From Dehalococcoidia bacterium (lineage in GTDB: Bacteria > Chloroflexota > Dehalococcoidia > JAUQQI01), in the NCBI GenBank assembly GCA_042408785.1, contig JBHOQU010000039.1, forward strand, positions 22,606-86,605: a stretch of DNA of 64,000 bases. The letters run 5' to 3'. Position 1 is the stretch's first letter. Each line of letters begins with the position of its first letter. A program made the position numbers and the translations under genes. This document shows positions 1 through 9,011 of this stretch, one piece after another. Under the pieces are notes generated by a model, which saw nothing but the letters and a program-made list of their open reading frames with translations, had not been told where the DNA came from and did not search any database.

Positions 1-1
1 C

Positions 2-481
2 ATTATCGACTTCTGGCAGGGCGTGCTCGGCATGCGCCTGGTCCTGGAACAGCCCAACCTCGACGTGCCCGAGGAGACTCACCTCTTCTTCGACCCGGGC
101 GACGGCCGGCTCATAACCTTCTTCGTCCGGGAGAACCGACCCAACGACCCGACCCCGGTCCCTGAAGTGGTCGGCAGCGTCCACCACATCGCCTTCGCCG
201 TCTCCCGGGAAACCTTCGACCGGGCGGCCGAGCGCCTCAGCGCCCTCGGCTACCCGAATACCGGCCGGATCGACCGGGGCTTTATGGACTCCCTCTATTT
301 CCGCGACCCGAACGGTTTCAGGATTGAGCTTTCGGTCTACAAGTTCAGCCCGCCGCCGGGCCGTACCACCGCGGAGGTGCTGGCCGAGGCCCACCGGGTC
401 CGGGTGGAGGAGGGGGCCCCGGCCATTGCGGAGCGGCACGTAAAGCTGGCCGTCGAACGGCTCCAGTCCCGGCAGGCCTAA
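2..481 (+). CDS. VOC (glyoxalase/bleomycin-resistance/dioxygenase fold) family protein, 5' partial
   Basis: The frame stays open to the window edge (IIDFWQGVLGMRLV precedes and includes the GTG at 23). HHIAFAV and FRDPNGFRIEL segments are typical of VOC beta-alpha-beta modules. Confidence 0.6.
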   Translation: MIDFWQGVLGMRLVLEQPNLDVPEETHLFFDPGDGRLITFFVRENRPNDPTPVPEVVGSVHHIAFAVSRETFDRAAERLSALGYPNTGRIDRGFMDSLYFRDPNGFRIELSVYKFSPPPGRTTAEVLAEAHRVRVEEGAPAIAERHVKLAVERLQSRQA

Positions 482-1282
482 ATGTCCCGGAAGCGGTGCC
501 CCCTGCGCTCCGACATCGCCTGGAGCGCCCCGGACCGGATCGTCGTCCGGGGCTACGACCTGGCCGGGGAGCTCCTGGGCCGGGTCAACCTGGGGGATAT
601 GGCCTTCCTGGGGCTGATGGGCCGGCTGCCGACACCCCAGGAGTCGGCGGTATTCAACGCGATGCTGGTGGCCCTGGTGGAGCACGGCCTGACGCCGAGC
701 GCCCTGGCCGCCCGCCTCACCTACCTGGGGGCGCCCGAGGCCCTGCAGGGGGCGGTGGCCGCCGGCCTGCTGGGCCTCGGCAGCGTCTTCGTTGGGAGCC
801 TGGAGGGGGCGGCCTGGATGCTCCAGGAGGCCCTTGAAGGCGTCCCGGCCGGGGCCGACCTGCGGCCCATTGCGGCCCGGGTCGTGGCCGGGTTCGCCGA
901 GCGGAAAGCGCTGATTCCGGGAATCGGCCACCCGATTCACAAGCCGGTCGACCCCCGAACTCCCCGCCTCTTTGCCATCGCCGCCGAGAACGGCTTTGCC
1001 GGCCGCTACGTGGAGCTCATCCAGCTCATCGCCGCCGAGGCCGAGGCCCGGTTCGGCCGGAGCCTGCCGGTGAACGCCACCGGGGCGGTCGGGGCCCTGG
1101 CCAGCGAGCTGGGTATACCGTGGCAGGTCTGCCGGGGACTGGGGGTGATGGCCCGGGCGGTGGGGCTGGTGAGCCACATCCTCGAGGAGATGCGGCAGCC
1201 CCTGGCCGAGGAGGTGTGGCTTCGGGTCGAGGAGGAAGCCACCGCCCACCTCCGGGACCAGGCCGGGCGGTCCGGCCCCTAG
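482..1282 (+). CDS. citryl-CoA lyase / citrate-synthase-like small protein
   Basis: 266 aa with GIGHPIHKPVDPR and a following helical region resembling the citrate synthase catalytic domain. The ATG abuts the upstream stop (TAAATG). Confidence 0.6.
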   Translation: MSRKRCPLRSDIAWSAPDRIVVRGYDLAGELLGRVNLGDMAFLGLMGRLPTPQESAVFNAMLVALVEHGLTPSALAARLTYLGAPEALQGAVAAGLLGLGSVFVGSLEGAAWMLQEALEGVPAGADLRPIAARVVAGFAERKALIPGIGHPIHKPVDPRTPRLFAIAAENGFAGRYVELIQLIAAEAEARFGRSLPVNATGAVGALASELGIPWQVCRGLGVMARAVGLVSHILEEMRQPLAEEVWLRVEEEATAHLRDQAGRSGP

Positions 1283-4200
1283 CTACCCGGCCCGAACCCG
1301 GTAGATGGTTACCGGCCCGGCCCGGTAGGCCACCTCGAGGAGGCCCTGCCGGGCCATCTGCTCAAATTTGGCCAGCCCGGCCGGCTCATAATAGGCCCGT
1401 TCCAGCTCCCCCACCACCACGTACCGGACGCCGTACTTGTCCAGCAGCCGGAGGGCCTGGGCCGGGTCGGTGGTATTGTAAATGGCGGCCACGTCCTGAA
1501 TCCGCCGCTCCACCAGGGGCTCGGTGTAGATGGCCCGCTGCTGGCGCTCGTGCCAGTTCCACCCAATAACGGTCGGCAGGCCGGTGTACACCGCAAAGCG
1601 GGCGCCCCAGCGGTATTCGGGGGTGTGGCCTTCCAGGATAACCGGCGACCCCCGCACGTTATCCAGAAGCCAGTCAATGGCCATCCGGTCGTATTTAAGG
1701 TTGATGGGCTGGCGGTCGAAGTAAACGGCCCCCTCCATAAAGGCCCGGCCATCCAGGGTGAAACCTTCCGCCCCGGGGAAGCGGTCCCGGACCTTTGCAG
1801 CGGTGGCCAGCACCGGGTAGCTCAGGGCCGCCGCCAGCAGCACCCCCAAAACCCCAACCCAAACCGGCCGGAGGCTTGGATTCCAGCCGCGGATTCCCCC
1901 AAGCAGGTCGGCCAGGCCCACGGCGGCCGAAAGCCCCCAGAGGACCCAAACCTGGACGTAGAACTTAAAGACCGTATTCATCCGGCCGATGTCCCCCCGC
2001 AGGACCAGAACCTCCACGGCCAGGGTGAGGGCGGCCCCGGCCCCCGCCAGGGCGAAGGCCAGTCGGCGGACGGCCGGAACTTCCGGCCGCATGAAGTTGA
2101 GCAGGCTCAGGCCCAGGAGGGCCGCGGCCGTAAGCTGGGCCCCGGCCCCAACGGCCAGCAGGACCCCGGCCAGGGCCAGGCCGGCGTACAGGGTGAGCCG
2201 TTCCGGGAGGTCGGGCCCCGGCCGCAGGAAAGGCCAGGCTTCCCACAGAAGCCAGGAGCCCACCACGAAGACGAAGAGGCCGTGGACCGTAAGGTAATCC
2301 AGAAAGCCGGTTCTGGGTCCCCGCCAGATTTCAAAGCTGGTGTAGGCCGCGGCGTAGTGGGCAAAAAACGGCCAGAAGAGAACCCGGCTCAGAACCAGGA
2401 CGGCCGCCGCCTGCCAACCGCAGGCCAGGGCCCAGTTCAGGTCGAGGCGGCCAAGCCGGCGGTGCTCGGCCAGGCCGATGGCCAGCACCCCCAGCCCCAG
2501 GTAGGTGGGGAAATCCCAGGTGTTGGTGGGCCAGAGGGCGCCGACAACTAGGCCGAGGAGAAGAACCCGCAGCAGGCGTTCCCCAAGGCCCCCGGCTTTG
2601 GGGGACGCGGCCACCGCCCCCACCGCCCCGGCCAGGGCCCCCAGGGTGAGGGGCAGGGCCAGCAGGTGGGGGTGGAGGTCGGCGTAAAGGAACGTAAAGA
2701 AGGGGAACTCATTGATGGTGTCCGGGATCACCCGGGTCGGGTTCCAGTAGGGCCACTCCGGCCGGAATGGGAGGGGCTGGCCCTCGGCCAGCACCCGCCC
2801 GAGGCCGGCGATTACCCGGAGCAGACCACCCAGGGCCGGAACGGTGCTCCGAACGTCCCCCCCGAGGGCGGCCAGGCCCTCCAGGTAAAGTTTTGCCTCG
2901 CCCAGGTTGCCCAAGACGGCCACAAAGAGGGTCCCCAGCAGGCCGAAGCCTACCGTCCGCCCGGGCCCCGACGCCCGGGCCAGCCCGGCCGCAACCCCAA
3001 AGGCCCCGGCCGCCGTCAGGCCGAACCAGGTGGGAATCGCCAGGTTGTAGGCAATCCAGGGCAGGATGCCCGTGAGCCTGATCAGGACGGCGGCCAGCAC
3101 AAAGCCGAAGTAGTAATAGTTAATATACCCGCCCGCAAACCACGGGTCGTACGGGGGGAAGTAGGGGCTTCGGAGCACCCCATTAAGAAAGGCAAAATCC
3201 ATCGGCTTTTCGCCCCCCATAATCGGGTGCCAGAGGTCCGGGTTGCCCATCCGGACCAGCAGAAAGGCCCCGAATCCCCCCAGAAAAACGGCCTCCCCCG
3301 CCGCCACCGCCCACCAGCGGTCGGCCAAGAACTCCCGGAGCTCCCGCCGGGTTTTCCAGGCGAAGAGCAGGCCCAGCCCGGCCAGGCCGGCCAGCCCGGC
3401 GGCCACAGCTAGGCTGCTGAAGGCAAAGAGCCGCAGGCTTGCCCCAAACCAGACCGCCCAGCCCAGGGCCATCAGGCCGAAAGTCTTCGCCACGGCCCAG
3501 CCCCCGTCGGGCAGCCCCCCCAGGGCAGACCGGACGATGGGAAAGGCGGCGAGGCCGATAAACTCTACGGGCAGGAGCCAGGCCAGCACCGTCAGAAGCC
3601 CGCCGGCATTGACCGGACTTTCCCGGTCGAAGGTTTCCGACCAGGTGAAGGCCTGCTCGTAAATGAGGCGGTCCTCGGGTCGGAGCATCAGGCCGGTGGG
3701 GGCGCGGGTGGCCTCGAGGGGAGTTACCCGGCGGACGGCCTCCCAGTCCACGCCGCCCAGGACCCGCTCGGCCCGGGCCCGGGAGTAGGCCGGGGTCTTT
3801 TTAAAAATATCCACCTGGGGGTGGTCGTAAACCGTGAAGGCCTCCTCGGCCCCCTGGTCGTTAATCGTCAGGCCGAAGAGGCCGGGGAACGAGTTGAAGG
3901 TCTTTATGCGCTCGAAGCCCAGCTCCCCGCCGAAGAGGGCCTGGTAGTAGCGGGTGGTCATCGGGTAGCGCATCGGCAGGCGGGGAATGGACCCGTAGAG
4001 CCGGTTGCTGCTCAGGATGATGTAGTCGGCCTGGTCCAGTTTGTCCAGCAGGCCTGACCCCGGCTGATTGGGATGGCCGTAAAGTTTTTCGGGGGTGTCC
4101 TCGTTGTAGAGGGGCAGTTCCACCCCCCGGTAGAGCTCCGCCGGGTTCCGGCCGTCGATGGGGAGGGGAAGGGGGTCGTCCCAGTGCTCGTAGGCCAGGA

Positions 4201-5599
4201 CCGACCCCGGCGGGATGTTGGCGTAGACCCAGCGGGAGGCTTCGATGCGGGAATGGGGCTGGCGGTAGACCTGGGTAAAGGCCAGGGCCCAGAGGACGGT
4301 GGCCCCGACCACGGCCGCCACCAGTCCGGCCGCAGCCGTCGCCCCAACCCGGCCCAGCCGCCCCCGAATCCCCCAGAGGCGGGCCAGCAGGTAGGCCGCC
4401 AGCAGGACCAGGGCCGGGTAAATGGGGAAAAGATAGCGCATGGTCAGGACGAACCCCCCGCCCAGGTAGCCGAACACCACCAGCACCCAGGCCAGGGGAA
4501 GCAGGTGCTCGGTGCGCCGATGGAAGACGGCCTCGTAGGCGGCGAGGGCCGCCCCGGCCCAGGCCGTCAGGCCCAGGGGCCAGCCCAGCCCCCACTGGAC
4601 CATGTTAACCCACGGGAAGACGTAGGGCGTCCGGAAGGCCCACTGGTGGCTCGGGGGGTAGTCGATTTCGCCGGAGATAAGCCGGCCGATCATGTCCATA
4701 TCCTGGACCCACTGGGGGTTTAAGCCCAGGCCCATAAAGGCGTACGGCTGGGCCACCCGGAAGGCCAGAAACGCCACCCCCAGGGTGAGGCCGAAGCCGA
4801 GGGCAGTTCCCAGCAGGGACCCCTGCACCCCGCCGGGACCCGTCGGGCGGGCCTGAAGGTAAAGCTCCCAGCCGCCGATGCGCCCCGACCAGCCGCGGGG
4901 GCTGGGGAAGCCCGGTTCCGGCCGGCCCCGCAGGTGGAGCCAGCGCAGGGCCCAGGCCAGGGCCACCACTACCCCGAAAAGCCCCAGGTTTATCTTGGTG
5001 GCCAGGGCAAGGCCGAAGCTCAAGCCCAGGCCCGCAAGGGCCGGAAGGGTCCGTCCCCCAAAGGCCAGGTCCACCGCAAAGTAAAGGCCCAGGGTTACGA
5101 GGAAGGTCCCGGGGGCGTCCACCGTCCAGAAGTGGGCCTGCTGAATGTGGAGGACGGTGAAGGCCAGCAGGCCGGCGGCCAGCAGGCCCACTCCCGTCCC
5201 GTAGAGGCGGCGTCCGATGAAAAAGGTGAGGAGCACGGTGCCCAGGTCCAGCAGGGCCGAAAGGGCCCGGCCCACCAGAAAGATGCGGTCGTAGCCGGGC
5301 ATATCTAAAAGCTTTTCGGCGACGAACTTTGTTAGAAAGAGGGGAAAGGTTCCGTAGACGTAGGTGCCGAAGTGGCGATTGTAGGGGTTGAGGGGGGAGG
5401 CGGCCGTATTGAAATACTCGCCCACGCTCCCGGGCCACTCGATGGCGGTGGCCACCATGGTGATAAAGCGCTCGTCGGGGTGCAGGTGGGTGTTCTGGTC
5501 CCAGTTGAGGCCCTGAAAGCGCAGGGCCGCCGCGGCCCCCAGGATGAGCAGCAGAAGGGGCAGGCTAAAGGCCCGCGCCGGGGCCGGCCGCAGTTTCAT
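1283..5599 (-). CDS. very large polytopic membrane protein, GT-C (GT39/ArnT-like) N-terminal part plus DUF2298-like region
   Basis: 1438-aa ORF with many hydrophobic helices throughout and a soluble C-terminal domain. The family assignment is from remembered sequence patterns and was not searched. Confidence 0.55.
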   Translation of the reverse strand: MKLRPAPARAFSLPLLLLILGAAAALRFQGLNWDQNTHLHPDERFITMVATAIEWPGSVGEYFNTAASPLNPYNRHFGTYVYGTFPLFLTKFVAEKLLDMPGYDRIFLVGRALSALLDLGTVLLTFFIGRRLYGTGVGLLAAGLLAFTVLHIQQAHFWTVDAPGTFLVTLGLYFAVDLAFGGRTLPALAGLGLSFGLALATKINLGLFGVVVALAWALRWLHLRGRPEPGFPSPRGWSGRIGGWELYLQARPTGPGGVQGSLLGTALGFGLTLGVAFLAFRVAQPYAFMGLGLNPQWVQDMDMIGRLISGEIDYPPSHQWAFRTPYVFPWVNMVQWGLGWPLGLTAWAGAALAAYEAVFHRRTEHLLPLAWVLVVFGYLGGGFVLTMRYLFPIYPALVLLAAYLLARLWGIRGRLGRVGATAAAGLVAAVVGATVLWALAFTQVYRQPHSRIEASRWVYANIPPGSVLAYEHWDDPLPLPIDGRNPAELYRGVELPLYNEDTPEKLYGHPNQPGSGLLDKLDQADYIILSSNRLYGSIPRLPMRYPMTTRYYQALFGGELGFERIKTFNSFPGLFGLTINDQGAEEAFTVYDHPQVDIFKKTPAYSRARAERVLGGVDWEAVRRVTPLEATRAPTGLMLRPEDRLIYEQAFTWSETFDRESPVNAGGLLTVLAWLLPVEFIGLAAFPIVRSALGGLPDGGWAVAKTFGLMALGWAVWFGASLRLFAFSSLAVAAGLAGLAGLGLLFAWKTRRELREFLADRWWAVAAGEAVFLGGFGAFLLVRMGNPDLWHPIMGGEKPMDFAFLNGVLRSPYFPPYDPWFAGGYINYYYFGFVLAAVLIRLTGILPWIAYNLAIPTWFGLTAAGAFGVAAGLARASGPGRTVGFGLLGTLFVAVLGNLGEAKLYLEGLAALGGDVRSTVPALGGLLRVIAGLGRVLAEGQPLPFRPEWPYWNPTRVIPDTINEFPFFTFLYADLHPHLLALPLTLGALAGAVGAVAASPKAGGLGERLLRVLLLGLVVGALWPTNTWDFPTYLGLGVLAIGLAEHRRLGRLDLNWALACGWQAAAVLVLSRVLFWPFFAHYAAAYTSFEIWRGPRTGFLDYLTVHGLFVFVVGSWLLWEAWPFLRPGPDLPERLTLYAGLALAGVLLAVGAGAQLTAAALLGLSLLNFMRPEVPAVRRLAFALAGAGAALTLAVEVLVLRGDIGRMNTVFKFYVQVWVLWGLSAAVGLADLLGGIRGWNPSLRPVWVGVLGVLLAAALSYPVLATAAKVRDRFPGAEGFTLDGRAFMEGAVYFDRQPINLKYDRMAIDWLLDNVRGSPVILEGHTPEYRWGARFAVYTGLPTVIGWNWHERQQRAIYTEPLVERRIQDVAAIYNTTDPAQALRLLDKYGVRYVVVGELERAYYEPAGLAKFEQMARQGLLEVAYRAGPVTIYRVRAG

Positions 5600-5653
5600 C
5601 GCTAAAAAGTTAACACAAACCCGCCGGTGCCAAACCGCCCGGTCCCCTTGCGC

Positions 5654-5673
5654 GGGCGCACGGCCGTGCGCCC
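5654..5673. repeat. REP-like perfect 20-bp palindrome GGGCGCACGGCCGTGCGCCC
   Basis: Read directly in intergenic DNA. The 17-mer CGCACGGCCGTGCGCCC (5657-5673) recurs at 7090-7106. Confidence 0.7.
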
Positions 5674-5772
5674 ATGCAAAAAGGTCAGCGGTTATGTAGT
5701 AACTGTGTCAAAGAAGGCCGTGAAAACCAGCCCTGGCGGCGGACACGGGGCTTTGCTAAAATACTAGTGCGG

Positions 5773-5847
5773 CGGGGAGTAGCGCAGCCTGGTTAGCGCG
5801 CGGCAATCGGGGTGCCGAGGCCCCGGGTTCAAATCCCGGCTCCCCGA
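5773..5847 (+). tRNA. tRNA-Pro (anticodon CGG)
   Basis: Hand-folded 75-nt cloverleaf. Acceptor CGGGGAG/CTCCCCG, D stem GCGC/GCGC, anticodon stem CGGCA/TGCCG with loop AUCGGGG (CGG at 5808-5810), T arm CCGGG-TTCAAAT-CCCGG, discriminator A. CCA is not encoded. Confidence 0.9.
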
Positions 5848-5855
5848 CCGGAAAG

Positions 5856-5890
5856 GGGCCCCAGGCGATGCCTGGGGCCCGCCATTTTCC
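5856..5890 (+). terminator. hairpin terminator after tRNA-Pro (possibly bidirectional)
   Basis: 11-bp GC stem GGGCCCCAGGC / GCCTGGGGCCC with a 3-nt loop, then GCCATTTT. It lies between the tRNA and the stop of the convergent gene at 5928. Confidence 0.5.
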
Positions 5891-5927
5891 CCGCAGGCCG
5901 GTGCTTTTAGCCGGCCCGGCTGCCAGC

Positions 5928-6410
5928 CTATTTCCCGGGGCGGGCGGCCCTTGGGGACCTTGCCGGGTGCTCCAGCTTGAAACGCAACTTGAGGGGCGGC
6001 CCGAAAACCCGCTCCTCGCCGTCGGCCCGGAGAAACACATTGAAGTTAAAGGCCCGCCCCCGAAGCCCCCCGGGTACGGTGGCCGTCACCGTGACCTGAT
6101 AGGTCGTCCCGGGCTGGAGGGTATCAGGGAGGCCGGATACGACGACACTTCCCTGGAACTTCTTGGGCCTGACCACGGCCTCGGGGCTAGTGATGGGCTG
6201 GGTTACGGTTAAGTTCACCGTGCGGGTTATGGTTGCACCCAGACCAACCGTTCCCGTTATCCGCCCCGGACTCCAATTGAGTATCGCGGGCCTCTCCGGG
6301 CCTTCGGCCGCGGCGGGAGATGTGCCAGCCACCAGCAGGGCCGCCGAGGCCAGCACGAGCAGGCCCCCGGTGAAAAGCAGGGCCAGAGGTCCGCGTCCCA
6401 CAGGCCACAC
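5928..6410 (-). CDS. hypothetical exported protein (signal/anchor helix, beta-rich body)
   Basis: 160 aa. N-terminal hydrophobic segment LALLFTGGLLVLASAALLVAG, then T/V-rich strands (TVNLTVTQ, TYQVTVTATV). No recognised catalytic motif. Confidence 0.5.
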   Translation of the reverse strand: MWPVGRGPLALLFTGGLLVLASAALLVAGTSPAAAEGPERPAILNWSPGRITGTVGLGATITRTVNLTVTQPITSPEAVVRPKKFQGSVVVSGLPDTLQPGTTYQVTVTATVPGGLRGRAFNFNVFLRADGEERVFGPPLKLRFKLEHPARSPRAARPGK

Positions 6411-6467
6411 CCACCGCTAAAACGGCGGCGGGGGCCCGAAAGTTACGGGCGGTTTGCCCACCTTGGG

Positions 6468-7002
6468 TCAGGCTGGGCCGGGCTCGGGTCCGAATAGGCG
6501 CTCGAAGTTTTCCGCCAGAATCAGTCGTTCCACCTCTACACCAAGTCTGGCCTGTTTTACGGTTTCAACCGGGCTGTCATCACCCATGTCGAAAGGGTAG
6601 TCTGAGCCCAGCACCACCCGCTCCGGCCCGACCAGCTCGACCAGGAATCGCAGTAGGGTCGGGTCGTGGGTTACCGTGTCGTAGTAGAAATCGGCCAGAT
6701 ATTCACCGGGGGGCCTTCTGAAGCTTGCCCCGGGTTTCCGGCCGCACGTGAAAGCCGCGGTTGAAGCGGCCCCGCAGCCAGGGTGGCACGCCGCCCCCGT
6801 GGGCGAGCAGGACCTTCAGGTTCGGATAGGCATCCATGACCGCCGCACACAACCCGGTCTCAACCGGGTTGCCAAAAAGGTTTGAAAGCTGGAGCTTCTC
6901 GGTCAGCGCCGCCGGGTCTTCTGCAAGTTTTGTCGCCCGGGCGCCACCCACAACCCGGCGGCCGCAACCCGGGGTCAGCACCGGTGCGGGCAAGGCTATC
7001 AT
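6468..7002 (-). pseudogene. amidohydrolase-2 (ACMSD-like metal-dependent hydrolase) remnant, 5'-truncated and frameshifted
   Basis: ORF 6703-7002 carries LKVLLAHGGG. In another frame, 6468-6702 reads GEYLADFYYDTVTHDPTLLRFLVELVGPERVVLGSDYPFDMG...*, the typical C-terminus of this family. About the first half of a normal protein is absent. Confidence 0.65.
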
Positions 7003-7030
7003 ACTGTAAGTTTTTGCAGGACAGAGCTTG

Positions 7031-7315
7031 GGGCTTTCCAGTTTTATGGCCTAAGAGTTATTGGGCGGCGACCAGGCAGTCTGTAGGGACGCACGGCCGT
7101 GCGCCCCTACAGAACAAACGACCCACTGTATGCTAGCAATTTTGCCATAACGGGAAAGCCCCGACCGGGCGCCCCAGGGCTTTCCAGTCACCCGGGCAAC
7201 TGCTATCAGTCAGCGTCTAGTTAAGTTGCAGAGGCGTAGGGCCCCGCCCCCCAATAACGGGCCGGCTTTTGCGCCCCGGTGCCAAAACTGGAAAGCCCGG
7301 GGCGCAAAAGCCGGC
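7031..7315. repeat. nested inverted-repeat block (MITE-like or structured RNA)
   Basis: GGGCTTTCCAGTTTT (7031-7045) is the exact reverse complement of 7284-7298. Shorter internal copies sit at 7153-7161 (GGAAAGCCC) and 7178-7189 (GGGCTTTCCAGT). A perfect 19-bp stem pairs 7261-7279 with 7297-7315. Confidence 0.6.
7081..7112. repeat. REP-like 32-nt near-perfect palindrome CTGTAGGGACGCACGGCCGTGCGCCCCTACAG
   Basis: Shares the 17-mer CGCACGGCCGTGCGCCC with the palindrome at 5654-5673. Confidence 0.7.
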
Positions 7316-7320
7316 GGCGC

Positions 7321-7349
7321 TTGACAACGTCCGGCGTCGCTGTTAGATT
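7321..7349 (+). promoter_or_regulatory. sigma-70-type promoter of the Trp T-box leader
   Basis: TTGACA (7321-7326), 17-nt spacer, TAGATT (7344-7349). Confidence 0.6.
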
Positions 7350-7355
7350 TATTGT

Positions 7356-7727
7356 TGAAAATCGAAGACGGCTTAACGGCTGCGAACGGGACTAGTAGGC
7401 TCTGTGTCGGGCCCCAAAAGGCCCGGCGGCGCGGCCCAGAGAGCCGGGGTAAGGTGGAAGCCCGGTGCCGGCGCAGGAGCTGAATGGACCCGGGAGCCGC
7501 AACCCGAAATCGCCCCGGCGGCGAGAGTAGGCGTTGCCGGAGCTGCCACCGTTATCAGGGCGTAGGGTATCGCCGGGCCGAGTTCCCGGCCGCTAGCCGC
7601 CTTTTTCCGTCGGCTGGCGGTCCGGCCGTACCCGCCGTTGAGGGCCGCGCCGGGCGGCCGAAGTAGGGTGGCACCACGAAGGCTTGAAAGCCTCTCGTCC
7701 CTTCGGACGAGAGGCTTTTTGATTTTA
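7356..7727 (+). promoter_or_regulatory. T-box riboswitch leader, tryptophan specifier (UGG)
   Basis: Elements occur in canonical order: AGAGAG (7438-7443), distal-loop GGTGGAA, specifier context GAA-UGG-A (UGG 7485-7487), GAGAGTAGG, F-box CCGTTA (7549-7554), T-box AAGTAGGGTGGCACCACG (7661-7678), then a terminator hairpin. Confidence 0.85.
7687..7727 (+). terminator. T-box intrinsic terminator
   Basis: AAAGCCTCTCGTCC-CTTC-GGACGAGAGGCTTT followed by TTGATTTT. Its 5' arm can alternatively pair with the T-box sequence to form the antiterminator. Confidence 0.8.
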
Positions 7728-7745
7728 CGTGCTCAGGAGGCTGAG

Positions 7746-8994
7746 GTGTCGACCGTTAAATACGTGCTGACCGAAGACGATATGCCCAGGTACTGGTACA
7801 ACATCCTGGCGGACCTTCCCTTTCCGCTGCCGCCGATCCTGGCCCGGCCGGGCGGGCCCGGCCGGGCCATCGGCCCGGGTGACCTGGCTCTCCTCTTTCC
7901 CAGGGCCCTCATCGCCCAGGAGGTGACCACCGAGCGGGAGGTGGAGATCCCCGAGCCCGTGCGGGAGGTTTACCGCCTCTGGCGGCTGACACCCCTCTTC
8001 CGGGCCCGCCGCCTGGAGAAGGTCCTGGGAACGCCGGCCCGCATCTACTACAAGTACGAGGGGGTCAGTCCGGCCGGCAGTCACAAGCCGAACACCGCCG
8101 TGGCCCAGGCCTGTCCGCCGCCTCACCACCGAGACGGGGGCCGGCCAGTGGGGCAGTGCCCTGGCCATGGCCTGCAGCTTCTTCGGCCTGGAATGCAAGG
8201 TCTACATGTTGAAGGTTAGCTGCCGGATGCTTATGGAGACGTGGGGTGCCCAGGTGGTGCCCAGTTTGAGTCCGGACACCCAGGCGGGCCGGGCCGTGCT
8301 GGCCCAAAACCCTGACTCGCCGGGCACCCTCGGCATCGCCATCAGCGAGGCGGTGGAGGACACCGCCAGCCGGGAGGATACCAAGTATTCCCTGGGCAGC
8401 GTCCTTAACCACGTGCTCTTACACCAGACCATCATCGGCCTAAAGGCCAAGAAGCAGCTGGAGCTGGCCGGCGATTACCCGGACGTGGTCATCGGCTGTG
8501 TCGGCGGGGGGTCGAACTTTGCCGGACTGGCGTTCCCATTCGTGGCCGACAAGCTGCGGGGTAAAGACCTGCGGGTGATTGCGGTGGAGCCCGAGGCCTG
8601 TCCCAGCCTCACCCGGGGAATCTACACCTACGGGCTGCGGTACCACGGGATGGCGCCCCTGGTGAGCCTCCTTTACGAAAACGGCATTATCGAGGCCCGG
8701 GCCGAGCACCAGACGGCGGTGTTCAGGGCGGCGGTGGAGTTTGCCCGGGCCGAGGGAATTGTGCCGGCCCCGGAGTCGGCCCACGCCGTCAAGGTGGCCA
8801 TGGACCTGGCCCTGGAAGCCCGGGAAGCCGGCCGGCCGCAGGCGATCCTGTTCAACCTGAGCGACCGCGGCCACTTCGACCTGGCCGCCTACGAGCAGTA
8901 CCTGGCCGGCAAGCTGGAAGATTACGCCCACCTGCGGGAGCGGGTGAAAGAGGCGTTAAAGGGTCTGCCAAAGGTTCCCGTAACGGGTGATTGA
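7746..8994 (+). pseudogene. trpB2-type tryptophan synthase beta-like gene, decayed (frameshift plus two internal deletions)
   Basis: The N-terminus [15 protein letters not shown]...[20 protein letters not shown] is TrpB2-like. After AQA only 7 nt separate it from [30 protein letters not shown], which is in another frame. [13 protein letters not shown] lacks the usual YxQKPYR segment. [10 protein letters not shown] lacks about 25-30 residues. Confidence 0.75.
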
Positions 8995-9011
8995 TAAGGA
9001 GGGGATGAGCC

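Noticed and set aside
7638-7745. Start of track ORF 7638-8219 upstream of the trpB2 GTG
   Set aside because: This stretch is the T-box sequence and terminator of the riboswitch. The RBS AGGAGG precedes the GTG at 7746.
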